Shown here one piece after another: positions 34,680 through 44,008 of a DNA stretch of 64,000 nucleotides (the stretch's first letter is position 1; each line of letters starts with the position of its first letter). The translations under genes were made by a program, and so were the position numbers. The stretch covers positions 5,362 through 69,361 of the IMG/VR virus record IMGVR_UViG_3300037515_000354. One strand, written 5' to 3'. The stretch is from a virus (Duplodnaviria > Caudoviricetes). Below the pieces are notes generated by a model. It was not told where the DNA came from. It ran no database searches and saw nothing but the letters and a program-made list of their open reading frames with translations.

Positions 34680-34823
34680 ATGGCAAAGCATGCCGGGCGA
34701 CCGGCACCCGAGCCGCGACCGCTGACCACCGGCCGCCTGGCCGTGTGGCTCACCTTCTGGCTCTTCATAGCGATCATGGTTCTCAGTACCGTGGTCGGCA
34801 TCGCATCGGAGGGGGTGCAGTGA
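34680..34823 (+). CDS. Small single-TM protein
   Basis: LAVWLTFWLFIAIMVLSTVVGI. Confidence 0.6.
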   Translation: MAKHAGRPAPEPRPLTTGRLAVWLTFWLFIAIMVLSTVVGIASEGVQ

Positions 34824-35137
34824 GCGAGCAGCCCACCATCCGGGAGCTGTGGCCGGAACCGCCGAAGAACCAGTCCGAGCGGTTCGAACACTTCCTGGAC
34901 CAGTGGCGCGACGTGGCTGACGACCATGTGATCCTCTTCGCCACGATCGGTGTCTACGACCAGCCCACCGGCATTCTGATGGGTGATCTCCGTGCGCTGT
35001 ACCAGCGTGCGCGTCTGGACGTGGACGCGGTGGTCTATGGCAGTGCGGCCGAGCGGCTCCGTCAGCGGCTCCGGAAGGACGTAGAACGCAACGGCCGACC
35101 ACCCGGTCAGCCCGGCACCCCGAGCGAAGGACAGTAG
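34820..35137 (+). CDS. Hypothetical protein
   Basis: GTGA overlap. Confidence 0.6.
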   Translation: MSEQPTIRELWPEPPKNQSERFEHFLDQWRDVADDHVILFATIGVYDQPTGILMGDLRALYQRARLDVDAVVYGSAAERLRQRLRKDVERNGRPPGQPGTPSEGQ

Positions 35138-35381
35138 CCATGAGCCGACAGCGCGTACAGGTGCAGCGCAAGCCACAGTCAACCCGCTCGACCACCACCC
35201 GCGACCGGGACCGCACACCGGCCACCGACCGGCGAGAGATCCGTAAGGACATCGCGAAGGTGTGGTGGCCGGAGTCGTAACGCAGCATCACAGTCCAGCA
35301 CCCCCCGGGACACAACACCCGGGAGGTGCCGTTCTGTGTAGCTACGGCTACGCCCCAACCCCCGAGCGAGGAGCAGCACGA

Positions 35382-35654
35382 GTGAAGCGCCGTGACTATC
35401 TCAGGAACATGAAGAGCAAGCACCCCCAGGGCTGCGCGTGGTGCGGGACAGACGTCCCGTCGCCCGTCACGAACATGACCACCTGTTCGGACGTCTGCAC
35501 ACAGATGCTCTTCGAAGGCATCGACGACGGGCCGCCCGCTTTCATGCTGGCCTACAACCAGGCGCAGGGAGGCGAAGCGCACGTGGCCCGGAAGATCGCG
35601 GAGTACAACCAGGCGTACGGAGGCAAGCGTCCGGACAGCGGGAGCGATGGCTAG
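35382..35654 (+). CDS. Hypothetical zinc-finger protein
   Basis: CAWCG...TCSDVC. Confidence 0.6.
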   Translation: MKRRDYLRNMKSKHPQGCAWCGTDVPSPVTNMTTCSDVCTQMLFEGIDDGPPAFMLAYNQAQGGEAHVARKIAEYNQAYGGKRPDSGSDG

Positions 35655-36174
35655 TCCGCTGTGGACCAAGGTAGGCGCGTTCGGCGAGTGGATCATTATC
35701 GAGACACCGGCCGATCTACCGGGTGCCCAGGAGATCCACAACCAGAAGTTCGCGGACGCCATGACCGAACTCCGGCGCCGTGAGGCGGACCGGGCGGAGC
35801 CGTACAACGAGGAGGTTGCCGCCATGCTCCGCGAACCGTGGCAGTGGACCGCGCACCGCAGACCACTGCCTTACTCGGCCGGACGTGGTTACTACGCGTC
35901 CGAGGTATGGGAACCCGCGCTGCCGCTCAAGCGGTGGAAGCCGTCCAGGGCGCCGAGCGACAGGCAGGCACGAGTCAACGCAGAAAAGATCACCAAGCGT
36001 GACTACGTGCCCCGGTGCGCCCGACGCTGGGACAAGAGCGGGGTGACCCCGAGCATGTTCGAGGTCATCTACGAAGAAATCGGATCCACCCCAGAAGGAG
36101 AAGTAAATGGCGACACAGGTACAGCCGACCGGCGACCTGAATCACATGTCCCTCGTGGACGCCGTGGCCGCTGA
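35647..36174 (+). CDS. Hypothetical protein
   Basis: GGGAG RBS; 3' end overlaps the HU-like gene. Confidence 0.55.
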   Translation: MASPLWTKVGAFGEWIIIETPADLPGAQEIHNQKFADAMTELRRREADRAEPYNEEVAAMLREPWQWTAHRRPLPYSAGRGYYASEVWEPALPLKRWKPSRAPSDRQARVNAEKITKRDYVPRCARRWDKSGVTPSMFEVIYEEIGSTPEGEVNGDTGTADRRPESHVPRGRRGR

Positions 36175-36451
36175 GTCCGGCGTCCACCCGGACACGGTCA
36201 AGGCCGTGCTCCGGGCCGCGTTCGATGTGATCGGCCGGACCACGGCCGGTGGCTTCAAGGTCACGGTGACCAATTTCGGCGCATGGCGCCGGAAGACGGT
36301 CCCGTACACGCGCAACCCGCAGACCGGCGAACCCGCCGGGCCGTCGGCGTACGTGGCTTTCCGGTCCACAGGCCGTCTGTCCGCGTGGGCCCGGTCCGGC
36401 ACCGCCGGGGCCACCCTGGCCAAGTCCCCCAAGACAGGAAGTGAATCATGA
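36107..36451 (+). CDS. HU/IHF-family DNA-binding protein
   Basis: LVDAVAAESG...VKAVL...VTVTNFGAWRRKTVPYTRNPQTGEP. Confidence 0.85.
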   Translation: MATQVQPTGDLNHMSLVDAVAAESGVHPDTVKAVLRAAFDVIGRTTAGGFKVTVTNFGAWRRKTVPYTRNPQTGEPAGPSAYVAFRSTGRLSAWARSGTAGATLAKSPKTGSES

Positions 36452-36945
36452 CCACGTACCCCGCAGGGGAGATCACCTGTAACGGCGTGACCGTGTCCGT
36501 GTTCACGGAGAACGGCAAGTGGGCGGCCGATCACGCCGGAGCCACGTGGCGCACCGACACGTGGGACCAGCTCGTCCATAAGATCGGCAGTGCCACCCGG
36601 AAGACCACCAAGAAGGTGGCGGTTCCGGTCACTCAGGTAACTCCAGAAGGTGTTCTCGGAATCAAGTTCCGGCGCGGCACGGCGACCGGCATCCACGGGT
36701 CGAACGGCAACGTTCTCGTCACGTGGCACATGCTCCACGGCGACGTGAAGGACCAGATCAGTAGGTGGGGCAGCTCCGAAGTGTTCTTCGGCGAGGTGAC
36801 GGACGATGTGCTGGAGAAGTTCCACACCCTGGTCAAGGCCGCTGCTGAGGCTGAAGAGGCCAGGCACGCGTTCCAGAGCCAGCACAAGATCAACTTGCTG
36901 GAAACGGTCGAGCGCGCGATCGACCAGGACCGCACCGAAGCCTGA
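36448..36945 (+). CDS. Hypothetical protein
   Basis: ATGA overlap. Confidence 0.7.
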   Translation: MTTYPAGEITCNGVTVSVFTENGKWAADHAGATWRTDTWDQLVHKIGSATRKTTKKVAVPVTQVTPEGVLGIKFRRGTATGIHGSNGNVLVTWHMLHGDVKDQISRWGSSEVFFGEVTDDVLEKFHTLVKAAAEAEEARHAFQSQHKINLLETVERAIDQDRTEA

Positions 36946-37295
36946 TCGTTCCAGGACCGTGACCCACCATCTCCGCCGGTGCTCTCCTCCGGCGCACCAT
37001 GAAGAGAGCACCGGCCCATCCCACAACTCAAGAGCCGAGATGACCGCCATGACCGGCGAGATCAACACGTGCATACCGGCAGTCGAGATGCGTCACTACC
37101 TCGACCCGCTCGACACGGACGACGGGCCGCTCCAGCGCCTCGCCCTCCGGTCACCCGCCCTCGCAGGGGAACCCGCCTCCGAGGCGGTCCTGTTGCCTAC
37201 CTCAGAGGCTGCGAGCGACACCCCCTGCGCGGGGTACCCGCTCGCGGTGTGAGGTCCGCACACGGACGTACAGAGCTCCGGCCCTGCCGGAGTGC

Positions 37296-37367
37296 ACACC
37301 TGTAGCTCAGGGGACAGAGCACCGCGCTACGGACGCGGAGGACGGGGGTTCGAATCCCCCCGGGTGT
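37296..37367 (+). tRNA. trnR: tRNA-Arg (ACG), one nucleotide short at the T-stem/acceptor junction
   Basis: D arm GCTC/GAGC, anticodon stem CCGCG/CGCGG, loop CTACGGA, T loop TTCGAAT. Confidence 0.85.
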
Positions 37368-37400
37368 ACGCAGACCACCACCACTACGTAAGGATCACCC

Positions 37401-37748
37401 ATGCTCACACTCGACAGCTACATCGGCTCCAGGACGGTCCTGCCGAGCAGGCTCGGACCGGGCGACGTCGTCGCTGACCTTCAGGGCGAGTTTGCCCTGA
37501 TGGTCGACGAGATCGAGCCCATCATGATCAGCTACAAGTCCGGTCCCGTGCCGGTGTGGTGGGTCAGGGGACACAAGGTCAACCCGGCCGGTCACTACGC
37601 CACCGTGATCACGGTGTGCATTCCGCGTCAGCACTGGTACCTGCTCAAGCAGTCACAGCCGGTGGCCGCCGCGCCCCTTGAAGAGAGGAGCGAGCCTCGT
37701 GGAGAAGCTGTCTCAGCGGCAGGCGCAAGCAGTCCGTCTCGCCGCTGA
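37401..37748 (+). CDS. Hypothetical protein
   Basis: AAGGA RBS. Confidence 0.6.
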   Translation: MLTLDSYIGSRTVLPSRLGPGDVVADLQGEFALMVDEIEPIMISYKSGPVPVWWVRGHKVNPAGHYATVITVCIPRQHWYLLKQSQPVAAAPLEERSEPRGEAVSAAGASSPSRR

Positions 37749-37881
37749 CGGACTGACGAACGGCGAGATCGCCGCCGAGCTGGGCATCGGGCCCGAGTCG
37801 GTAAAAACGCATCTCGCCGCCGCGTACCGGAAGTTGGGTGTACGCAACCGGATGGAAGCAGCCAACAAGCTCAGGGGGTAG
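37699..37881 (+). CDS. LuxR-type HTH protein
   Basis: LSQRQAQAVRLAADGLTNGEIAAELGIGPESVKTHLAAAYRKLGVRNR. Confidence 0.9.
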   Translation: MEKLSQRQAQAVRLAADGLTNGEIAAELGIGPESVKTHLAAAYRKLGVRNRMEAANKLRG

Positions 37882-37884
37882 GGG

Positions 37885-38274
37885 ATGTGCGCACATGATT
37901 CACCCCAGGAAGCCGCGCGGTGTGAATGCACCGGGTACGGATTCGGCGACCCGTCGTGCCGCTGCGGTCATCCTCGCTCGGAACACGTAGACGGTACCGG
38001 CGCGTGCGTCGTACCGGTCGCCCGGTGTCATGAGTTCGTGCTGCACCTCCACGACCCGTTCCCGGTGACCGTGGCGCTCGTCAAGGCTGCCGCCGCCGAG
38101 GTGGCCGCCGAGCTGGACGTAGGCCCGCTGACCGCACTGCGGGCGGCCACGGCCGCACTGCTGGCCGGACACCAACACGCCGCGCACCGGGACTACGAAC
38201 TCACGTCGGTCCGTGCGCAGAATGACCGTCTTCGCAAGCAACTCAGAGAACTGCAAAGGCAGTTGGACGTATGA
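37885..38274 (+). CDS. Hypothetical Cys/His-rich protein
   Basis: CRCGHPRSEH...C. Confidence 0.6.
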   Translation: MCAHDSPQEAARCECTGYGFGDPSCRCGHPRSEHVDGTGACVVPVARCHEFVLHLHDPFPVTVALVKAAAAEVAAELDVGPLTALRAATAALLAGHQHAAHRDYELTSVRAQNDRLRKQLRELQRQLDV

Positions 38275-38765
38275 AGATCATCCCCCTGTCTAGGGGGTAC
38301 ATCACCGTGGTCGACGAGGACGATTACGATGATCTTTCGCAGTACAACTGGTACGCACTGGTCATGGGCCCACACACCGTTTACGCGTGTCGAGACATAC
38401 GACGAGACGGCAAGCGAGTCTGTGAGTACATGCACAGCCGTTTGACTGGCTACCCCATGACAGACCACGCCAATGGGTTGAGTCTGGACAACCGTCGAGA
38501 AAATCTCCGGCGGACCACCTACGTCCAGAACAATCGCAACGCCCGTAGCCGTGTAGGCAGTTCGTCCAAGTACCTCGGAGTGACCTGGTACAAGCGGGGT
38601 GGCAAATGGATGGCCCGGATACAAGACGGCGACAAGCGGACTCATCTCGGATACCACATTGCCGAGGAGGACGCTGCTCGCGCCTATGACCGAGCCGCGT
38701 TCGCACGCGACCCGCAGTTTTGTCGACTCAACTTCCCCGAGGAACACAAGGTGATCATCACGTGA
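38271..38765 (+). CDS. HNH-AP2 domain endonuclease
   Basis: TDHANGLSLDNRRENLR; SSKYLGVTW...WMARI...EEDAARAYDRAA. Confidence 0.92.
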   Translation: MKIIPLSRGYITVVDEDDYDDLSQYNWYALVMGPHTVYACRDIRRDGKRVCEYMHSRLTGYPMTDHANGLSLDNRRENLRRTTYVQNNRNARSRVGSSSKYLGVTWYKRGGKWMARIQDGDKRTHLGYHIAEEDAARAYDRAAFARDPQFCRLNFPEEHKVIIT

Positions 38766-39358
38766 GTACAGACAGCAAAGGGCTAAGCCGGGGGGACGGC
38801 ATGGTTGACGCCCGAGGGGTGTTGATCGAACCCGGCGATATCGCAATTTATGGCTTCGGCGTAGGCCGCAGTGTGGCCATGGCTGAGGGCCGCATACGGG
38901 ACGACGGGTACGGTCACGTGTCGACCACCCCGAGTGGCCGCGTATGGGTGAGCATCGTGCGCCGGTCGTACGGGAGTGGCACGGAAGACCGCGTGCACGT
39001 GGCGCCGGACCGCCTCGTCGTCCTCAAGCAGGGGCTCAACAACCAGGGTGACTTGGACCCAGGAATCCCCACGCTGTATCCGTCGCCGTTGCCGACCCAG
39101 GACGAGACCAACCTGAAGGAACTGCAAGAGCTGGTCGCACGTACCCGGGCCACCCTCGAAGCCCTGGAAGCCGGGGGTCTTGTGCCGGATTACTGGCGTC
39201 ACGACTACATGCGCCGGAGCCTGGCCGCGCAGGGGGTCGACGCGGACGACGAGGCCGCGTTGCACGCCCACGTACTTCGCAAGGAACGCACATGGCTACA
39301 GGAGCGCGAGGCTCGGTTGACGGAGCTGCGGGCCCGGATGGAGGCGGATCCGTCGTGA
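38762..39358 (+). CDS. Hypothetical protein
   Basis: GTGA overlap; DARGVLIEPGD. Confidence 0.65.
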   Translation: MSTDSKGLSRGDGMVDARGVLIEPGDIAIYGFGVGRSVAMAEGRIRDDGYGHVSTTPSGRVWVSIVRRSYGSGTEDRVHVAPDRLVVLKQGLNNQGDLDPGIPTLYPSPLPTQDETNLKELQELVARTRATLEALEAGGLVPDYWRHDYMRRSLAAQGVDADDEAALHAHVLRKERTWLQEREARLTELRARMEADPS

Positions 39359-39461
39359 CGTGGCTTCACTGGTTCTACCGGATCCTCATGTGCCCGTTCA
39401 CGGGCCATGAGTACTCCCTGCCTCTCAACCGCTGCATCCACTGCCGGAAAGAACCCCGCCC

Positions 39462-39725
39462 ATGGCCGAAGAGGTGAGATGGCCGCCGAAGCACGAGACG
39501 TACTGTCGCGAGTGCCGGAAGATAGTGGCCGCTCGGATCGATCTCGGGTCGCTGGACACGCCGGACACGCACTTCGTGTTCTGCACGGTGGACGACTACG
39601 GCCGCCGGGGGGGTCCGTTCAAAGTGTGCCAGGGGCGGCGCGGCACGTCGGCCCTGACCCACGGCATGGAAGACCCGAGGGCCGCGTCCTACGTGGGACC
39701 GGAACCGGTGGACCTATGCTTGTGA
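39462..39725 (+). CDS. Hypothetical zinc-ribbon protein
   Basis: CRECRK...C. Confidence 0.55.
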   Translation: MAEEVRWPPKHETYCRECRKIVAARIDLGSLDTPDTHFVFCTVDDYGRRGGPFKVCQGRRGTSALTHGMEDPRAASYVGPEPVDLCL

Positions 39726-39786
39726 CCGGACTGGCCAACGGCCGGTCCTGAAGGTCCGATCCACCGCACCGACGTACGGAGACACC

Positions 39787-40122
39787 ATGCGCGAGTATCA
39801 CCTGCCGAGCGGCGAACTGGTTCCGGCGGAACTGCAAGAACAGATCGCCGACGACGTACGGGATTTCGACCAGGCCCAGACGCCGGAAGCACGGTCGGCC
39901 GCCGCGTTGAAGAAGATCGGAAACGAGCTGCCGCGCATCCGCGCGGCGGTTGCCGGTGAGGACATGCTCGTCAAATGCGTGGAACGCATGGCCGTGGCGC
40001 TGGAGATCGTGGCTCTCAGCGAGCTGGGGTTCACCTCGGACACCGTCGCGAACACCACGCCCGCCCACCGGCTCATGGCCCGCTACGGTCTGCTCGACCC
40101 GGACGACGAAAGGCCGCTGTGA
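39787..40122 (+). CDS. Hypothetical protein
   Basis: GGAG RBS. Confidence 0.65.
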   Translation: MREYHLPSGELVPAELQEQIADDVRDFDQAQTPEARSAAALKKIGNELPRIRAAVAGEDMLVKCVERMAVALEIVALSELGFTSDTVANTTPAHRLMARYGLLDPDDERPL

Positions 40123-40307
40123 AGATCACATCGGAGCAGAAACGAAAGATCCCCTGGTTCATGCACCGGAATCGGTGCGCGCGGTGTTCCGGCTACCACG
40201 CTCCGTGGTGGGGCACGGTCCGGGCACCCTCGTGCGAGGAGGGATCCGCCCGCGTCAACGACATGACCATGGCGCTGGAATCTCTGAAGGTCAAGGAGAA
40301 CCGATGA
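40119..40307 (+). CDS. Hypothetical protein
   Basis: GTGA overlap. Confidence 0.55.
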   Translation: MKITSEQKRKIPWFMHRNRCARCSGYHAPWWGTVRAPSCEEGSARVNDMTMALESLKVKENR

Positions 40308-40849
40308 TGGTGGACGTTCCGGACTACCAACCGATCCCGGGGGACATCGGCCTGACTTCCATCTCGGGCAAGGTCGGGAGATCGATCAAGCTGGGCCAGT
40401 GGCTAGCTGGTGACGGATTCCATGATCTTTCCCACGCGTTCACCTACGTGGGCGACGGCAAGATCATGGAAGCCATGCCGGGTGGCGCCCGCATGGCCGA
40501 GCTGATCCAGTACGAGTCAAAGAAGATCATGTGGCTCCGGTGCCCCGAGCAGTACGGGGAGGCCGTGGCGCGAGCCGCCATCAGCTTCCACGGTGTGAAG
40601 TACGCGTTTTCCGACTACGGCGCCTTGGCGCTGCACCGGTTCCACATCCCGACGCCGCGCCTGAAGTGGTTCATCGCGCGTCGGAAGTCGATGATCTGTT
40701 CGCAGTTGTGCGACCGGGCCGCCCTGACGGGCGGGTGGCACATCTTCGATGACGGCCGCTGGTCCGGCTACGTCACGCCCGGTGACCTCTACAAGTGTGC
40801 GATCAAGTCCGGGGGTCAGCCGGGAGAACGGTACAAGGTGAGTCGGTGA
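40304..40849 (+). CDS. Permuted papain-like NlpC/P60 (YiiX-type) hydrolase
   Basis: PGDIGL...SHAFTYVGDGKIMEA (His) precedes MICSQLC (Cys). Confidence 0.8.
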   Translation: MMVDVPDYQPIPGDIGLTSISGKVGRSIKLGQWLAGDGFHDLSHAFTYVGDGKIMEAMPGGARMAELIQYESKKIMWLRCPEQYGEAVARAAISFHGVKYAFSDYGALALHRFHIPTPRLKWFIARRKSMICSQLCDRAALTGGWHIFDDGRWSGYVTPGDLYKCAIKSGGQPGERYKVSR

Positions 40850-41322
40850 CACGACGCATCTACCTGACCCAGGGGAAGTTCACCCTGGTAGACGATGATA
40901 ACTACGACCTGTTGTCGCAGTGGAAGTGGTGCGCTCACGTCAAGGTGAACACCACTTACGCCGTCCGGAGTATCTACGACCGGGGTACGTGGCAGACCGT
41001 TCCCATGCACGGCGTGATCATGGACCAGAAATACATAGGTCACATCAACGGTCTCGGACTGGACAACCGGAAGATCAACCTGAGGTTGTCCAGTCCGTTG
41101 TTCAACAACAGGAACCGCCGACCTGATCGCGGTCATGTCTTCAAAGGTGTTCGTCCGTCTTCCGGCACTCGATGGAGAGCTAGGATCTACGCGGATGGCA
41201 AGCGGTTCTGCCTCGGTACGTTCGACGATGCAGAGACGGCCGCCCGAGCGTACGACCGGGCCGCGTTCGAGAAAGATCCGGTGCACTGCTACTTGAATTT
41301 CTTCGACGAATACAGGGGGTGA
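40846..41322 (+). CDS. HNH-AP2 domain endonuclease
   Basis: HINGLGLDNRKINLR; FKGVR...WRARI...AETAARAYDRAA. Confidence 0.9.
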   Translation: MTRRIYLTQGKFTLVDDDNYDLLSQWKWCAHVKVNTTYAVRSIYDRGTWQTVPMHGVIMDQKYIGHINGLGLDNRKINLRLSSPLFNNRNRRPDRGHVFKGVRPSSGTRWRARIYADGKRFCLGTFDDAETAARAYDRAAFEKDPVHCYLNFFDEYRG

Positions 41323-41394
41323 TGCCATGACAGAGCTGATCACACCCCGCGCGTCCAATCTCCAGTACGGCCAGGGGTCCTCACTCTGGAAGTT

Positions 41395-41586
41395 ATGTAC
41401 TGGACGAAGGGCAAGGGTGCCGCGAAGTGGACCGGTGCCAAGCACAAGTGGTCGACCCTCAACAAGTTGCTGAAGGCCGCCGGTGTGCCGTCAGGCGAAG
41501 TCGACGGTCTGACCACCAACATCATCCAGGCCGTTCTGCCTGGCTACATGGGCTCGAAACAGAAGAAGGGCACGTACGCAAAATGA
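41395..41586 (+). CDS. Hypothetical protein
   Basis: YWTKGKGAAKW...; start may lie upstream near 41327. Confidence 0.6.
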   Translation: MYWTKGKGAAKWTGAKHKWSTLNKLLKAAGVPSGEVDGLTTNIIQAVLPGYMGSKQKKGTYAK

Positions 41587-41777
41587 TCATTGACCCCGAC
41601 AAGAAGGCCACGAAGCGTGGTCTGTTCCGCACGATCTTCAGCCCGTTCATGGGCGCCAACGCGCGGCGGGCCCGCCTCGCGCACCGCGATCTCAAGGACG
41701 CGCGGGCCAAGCTCGCCGAGCAGCGCTCGGTGAACCGCAGCGTGAAGCAGCTCCGGAAGGACGGGGTTCTCAAGTGA
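41583..41777 (+). CDS. Basic hypothetical protein
   Basis: ATGA overlap. Confidence 0.55.
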   Translation: MIIDPDKKATKRGLFRTIFSPFMGANARRARLAHRDLKDARAKLAEQRSVNRSVKQLRKDGVLK

Positions 41778-41886
41778 CCAACGACCGCCGGAAAGCCGTG
41801 TACCTCCGCCAGAACGGGTCGGACACCCGGCTCACCGGCGCTCAGCGCCGGAGGCTGCGGAGCAAGCGTCACAAGATCAAGTAATC

Positions 41887-42633
41887 TCAACCGGTACGGG
41901 CGTGACGGCCCCGGCTCACCGCCGGACGTCGCGCCCGTTTCCGCATCGCGGCCCGGCACATCACGCCGAGCGTCAGCCCGTACGTCGCGTGACCAAGACT
42001 GCTGTTGACCATGGTCTGCCACGACACCGGGAACAACTGGGTCTGCGCCACCGGGAAGAGGCTGAGGAAGCCGAGCATTCCGAGGCCGATCATGCTCGCG
42101 TAGACCAGGCCCAGCTTCGGCCCCCACCACTTGCGCGGGCAGAGCGTCGCGAAGATGACCCCCATCCCGGCCCCGTTGCCGAGGGTCCGCCACGCGTACC
42201 CGACCCACCACGGAGTACCGTCCCCGAAGATCATGGTGCCGATGTGCGGGATCGGATCGCCGCCTCCCTGGCTGAAGCTCAGAGCGAGGCGCATCAGGTC
42301 GTAGGCCAGCACAGCCACGATGCCGCCGAGGAACCCCGTGGCGGCGTCACGGCCCACGGCAGGGAGCAGCATCCCGAGTGTCAGGATGGCCGCGTACGCC
42401 GGGATGACCACGAACGTGAGCAGTGTGCCGAGCGGAGCGAAGCCCGCGTAGGCGACGCTCAGCATCAGGATCGGTGCGGAACCGCACATGGCGCACGCGA
42501 GTCGCGCTCCCACTTCGGTCACCTGATCGAAGCTGATGTCCGGCATCCTGTCCGGTCTGGGCACGCCTGCCAGAAAGACCATGGACCCCAGCCCGAGGAG
42601 GGTGAAGCCCATGACCGGGATGACGAAACTCAC
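41887..42633 (-). CDS. Multi-pass membrane protein
   Basis: About 7 hydrophobic segments; HIG...H...NG...NS..GH.YG polar motifs. Confidence 0.75.
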   Translation of the reverse strand: MSFVIPVMGFTLLGLGSMVFLAGVPRPDRMPDISFDQVTEVGARLACAMCGSAPILMLSVAYAGFAPLGTLLTFVVIPAYAAILTLGMLLPAVGRDAATGFLGGIVAVLAYDLMRLALSFSQGGGDPIPHIGTMIFGDGTPWWVGYAWRTLGNGAGMGVIFATLCPRKWWGPKLGLVYASMIGLGMLGFLSLFPVAQTQLFPVSWQTMVNSSLGHATYGLTLGVMCRAAMRKRARRPAVSRGRHARTG

Positions 42634-42636
42634 GGC

Positions 42637-43545
42637 CTACCGGCCTATGACCTTGAACTCGAAGACGTCGAACGCCTGCACCCGCGTGGCCACGTTGGTC
42701 ACCAACGCGGGGTGACCGGGGCCCGAGCAGTACACGTCGCCCCGGTAGCTGCCCTTCGGCAGACCTGTGATCTCTGCGGTGAGGTCGCCCTTGAAGCCCT
42801 GGATGCCGGAGAACGCCGCGTCGTAGTCCTCGCCCGGCAGCGCTCCGAACCGGTCCAGCGTGGTCACCCCGAGATGGCAGTGCGCGAGGGGCCTGCCGGA
42901 TTCGTCCAACTCCCCCGGGTGCTCATGCAGGGTGGTTCCCGCACCGCCGGTCTCATCGAACGTGAAGGCGTTGAGGTCGAGCACGCCCTGATCGTCGGCG
43001 ACGAGAATCTTGACCTTCACCGGCTTGTGCACCCAGTTGAAGAACTTCGCGTTGGCGCTCACCCGCACCGGGTGTTCGGCCACTTCCCCTACGGGGGTGG
43101 ACACGCAGGTGTTCGCCTTGTTCGCTACACCCTCGCCCGGTTCCAGGTCGGACGCGTCGCAGAATTCGGACGTCTCCGGCGGTGCGGCATCCTGCCGGAC
43201 GTTCTCGACCGGCGTCCCGCGCACGACCTTGATGGTGCCGGGCCGACCGGCCGGAGCGGGCGCCGTGGCGGACGCACTGCCGGACTCCGTGGACGCTGCT
43301 CCGGGGTCTTCCTCCGGCGTGGCGGTCCCGGTGCTGCGGTCGTCGTGCTCACCGGCCGCAGTTCCGGTGTTCGGCCCGGATGCGCTCGACTGCGACGCCG
43401 TCTCGGATGCGCTCGACTGCGACGCCGTCTCGGATGCACTCGACTGCGCCGGAGCCGGAGTGTGGCCCGACGCCACACCACACGCGCTGAGCAGAACCAG
43501 TGCAGACGCGGTGCACGCGCCACGCTTGAAGTTCTTGCGGGTCAT
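42637..43545 (-). CDS. Secreted lipoprotein with Ser/Ala-rich linker
   Basis: Lipobox LSAC; QSSASETAS repeats; GAAGGAG RBS. Confidence 0.8.
   Translation of the reverse strand: MTRKNFKRGACTASALVLLSACGVASGHTPAPAQSSASETASQSSASETASQSSASGPNTGTAAGEHDDRSTGTATPEEDPGAASTESGSASATAPAPAGRPGTIKVVRGTPVENVRQDAAPPETSEFCDASDLEPGEGVANKANTCVSTPVGEVAEHPVRVSANAKFFNWVHKPVKVKILVADDQGVLDLNAFTFDETGGAGTTLHEHPGELDESGRPLAHCHLGVTTLDRFGALPGEDYDAAFSGIQGFKGDLTAEITGLPKGSYRGDVYCSGPGHPALVTNVATRVQAFDVFEFKVIGR
43378..43448 (-). repeat. 27-bp tandem repeat (2.6 units) in the lipoprotein linker
   Basis: ggatgcgctcgactgcgacgccgtctc x2 plus a partial unit. Confidence 0.85.
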
Positions 43546-43723
43546 GAGTCACTCCTTCGTAGACGCATGGATCATACCGACATTCAACCAACGGAGTTGA
43601 TCAGGATGACCGAACGCTTCGGCATACAGCGCTGTTCCGTGTGCGGTCACTACGCCTTCGGGCGAGTGATCCACGTGACGGACGGCTTGCACGTACCCAT
43701 GGACGACGAGGAGGAAGACCACG

Positions 43724-44008
43724 ATGACTGATCGCAAGACCAACGCACTGGTGCGCCGGGCCGGAGATGCCAAGGCGTCGCGCCGGAAACCGGTGCTTCT
43801 CGACGCGCAGGAAACGGCTTGGGCCCATGCCCGACGGGAGCGCTACTACTGCCCCGGTTGCGGGCAGGTGCGGGCCCGGCGAGACAACTGGGGGATACGT
43901 CAGCTCTCGGGTGACCGGGTACTGCCGCACGAGTTCAACACCGGGGTACGGGAGGTCGAACTCTGCCCCGGTGGGCCGATCGATCCGAAGGGGGACCGGG
44001 CACCGTGA
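43724..44008 (+). CDS. Hypothetical zinc-ribbon protein
   Basis: YYCPGCG...H...CPGG. Confidence 0.6.
   Translation: MTDRKTNALVRRAGDAKASRRKPVLLDAQETAWAHARRERYYCPGCGQVRARRDNWGIRQLSGDRVLPHEFNTGVREVELCPGGPIDPKGDRAP

Noticed and set aside
37165-37256. HDV-like/theta ribozyme near tRNA-Arg
   Set aside because: Topology is partly similar but there is no P3/L3 consensus, P1.1 GG or J4/2 catalytic C-A-A strand.
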